DNA from: Octopus vulgaris
Lineage: Eukaryota
Direction of reading: 5' to 3'
Assembly (NCBI GenBank): GCA_951406725.2
Contig: OX597815.1
Location: 55,056,001-55,120,000, forward strand
DNA length: 64,000 bases
A program made the translations under genes and the position numbers. Under the pieces are notes generated by a model. The model saw only the letters and a list, made by a program, of their open reading frames with translations, was not told where the DNA came from and did not search any database. Below, piece by piece: positions 63,888 to 64,000 of this stretch. How positions within the stretch are numbered: position 1 is the stretch's first letter; every line of letters starts with the position of its first letter.

Positions 63888-64000
63888 TCCTTTCTATTGG
63901 AGGCACAGGGCCTAAAATTTGTAGAGAGAGGACTAGTCGATTACATCGACCCCCAATGTTTCACTCGTACTTAATTTATCGAACCCAAAATGATGAAAAG
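63888..64000 (-). mobile_element. SINE family C, 3' part (runs off the window)
   Basis: AGTCGATTACATCGACCCC...GTACTTAATTTATCGA is similar to 39264-39310. Confidence 0.65.

Overview
Repeat-dense, AT-rich eukaryotic DNA; the SINE/LINE repertoire and huge (TA)n tracts suggest an octopus or other cephalopod genome (inference). The only host gene I can support is the 3' end of mitochondrial Lon protease (LONP1, + strand): three GT-AG exons at 38925-39136, 44128-44292 and 48732-48878, with AATAAA at about 49266. I found no upstream exon, so the first ~39 kb is probably one large intron. It contains CR1-clade LINEs (one with an intact ~1035-aa APE-RT ORF2), RTE-clade LINEs whose RT carries an inserted PHD-type zinc finger, Penelope-like remnants with hammerhead-ribozyme motifs and fold-back repeats, tRNA-derived SINEs and roughly 9 kb of TA/TATG microsatellite. 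Later introns hold mariner remnants and a 405-bp tandem duplication. Downstream of the gene lie about six co-oriented R4/Dong RLE retrotransposon remnants, a hAT fragment and a compact, young-looking Gypsy LTR element with a clear -1 frameshift signal. The most interesting leads are a conserved candidate -1 frameshift joining CR1 ORF1 and ORF2, the PHD finger inside the RTE RT, and the set of hammerhead-like motifs inside LONP1 introns. Boundaries of degraded repeats are approximate and similarities were judged by eye.
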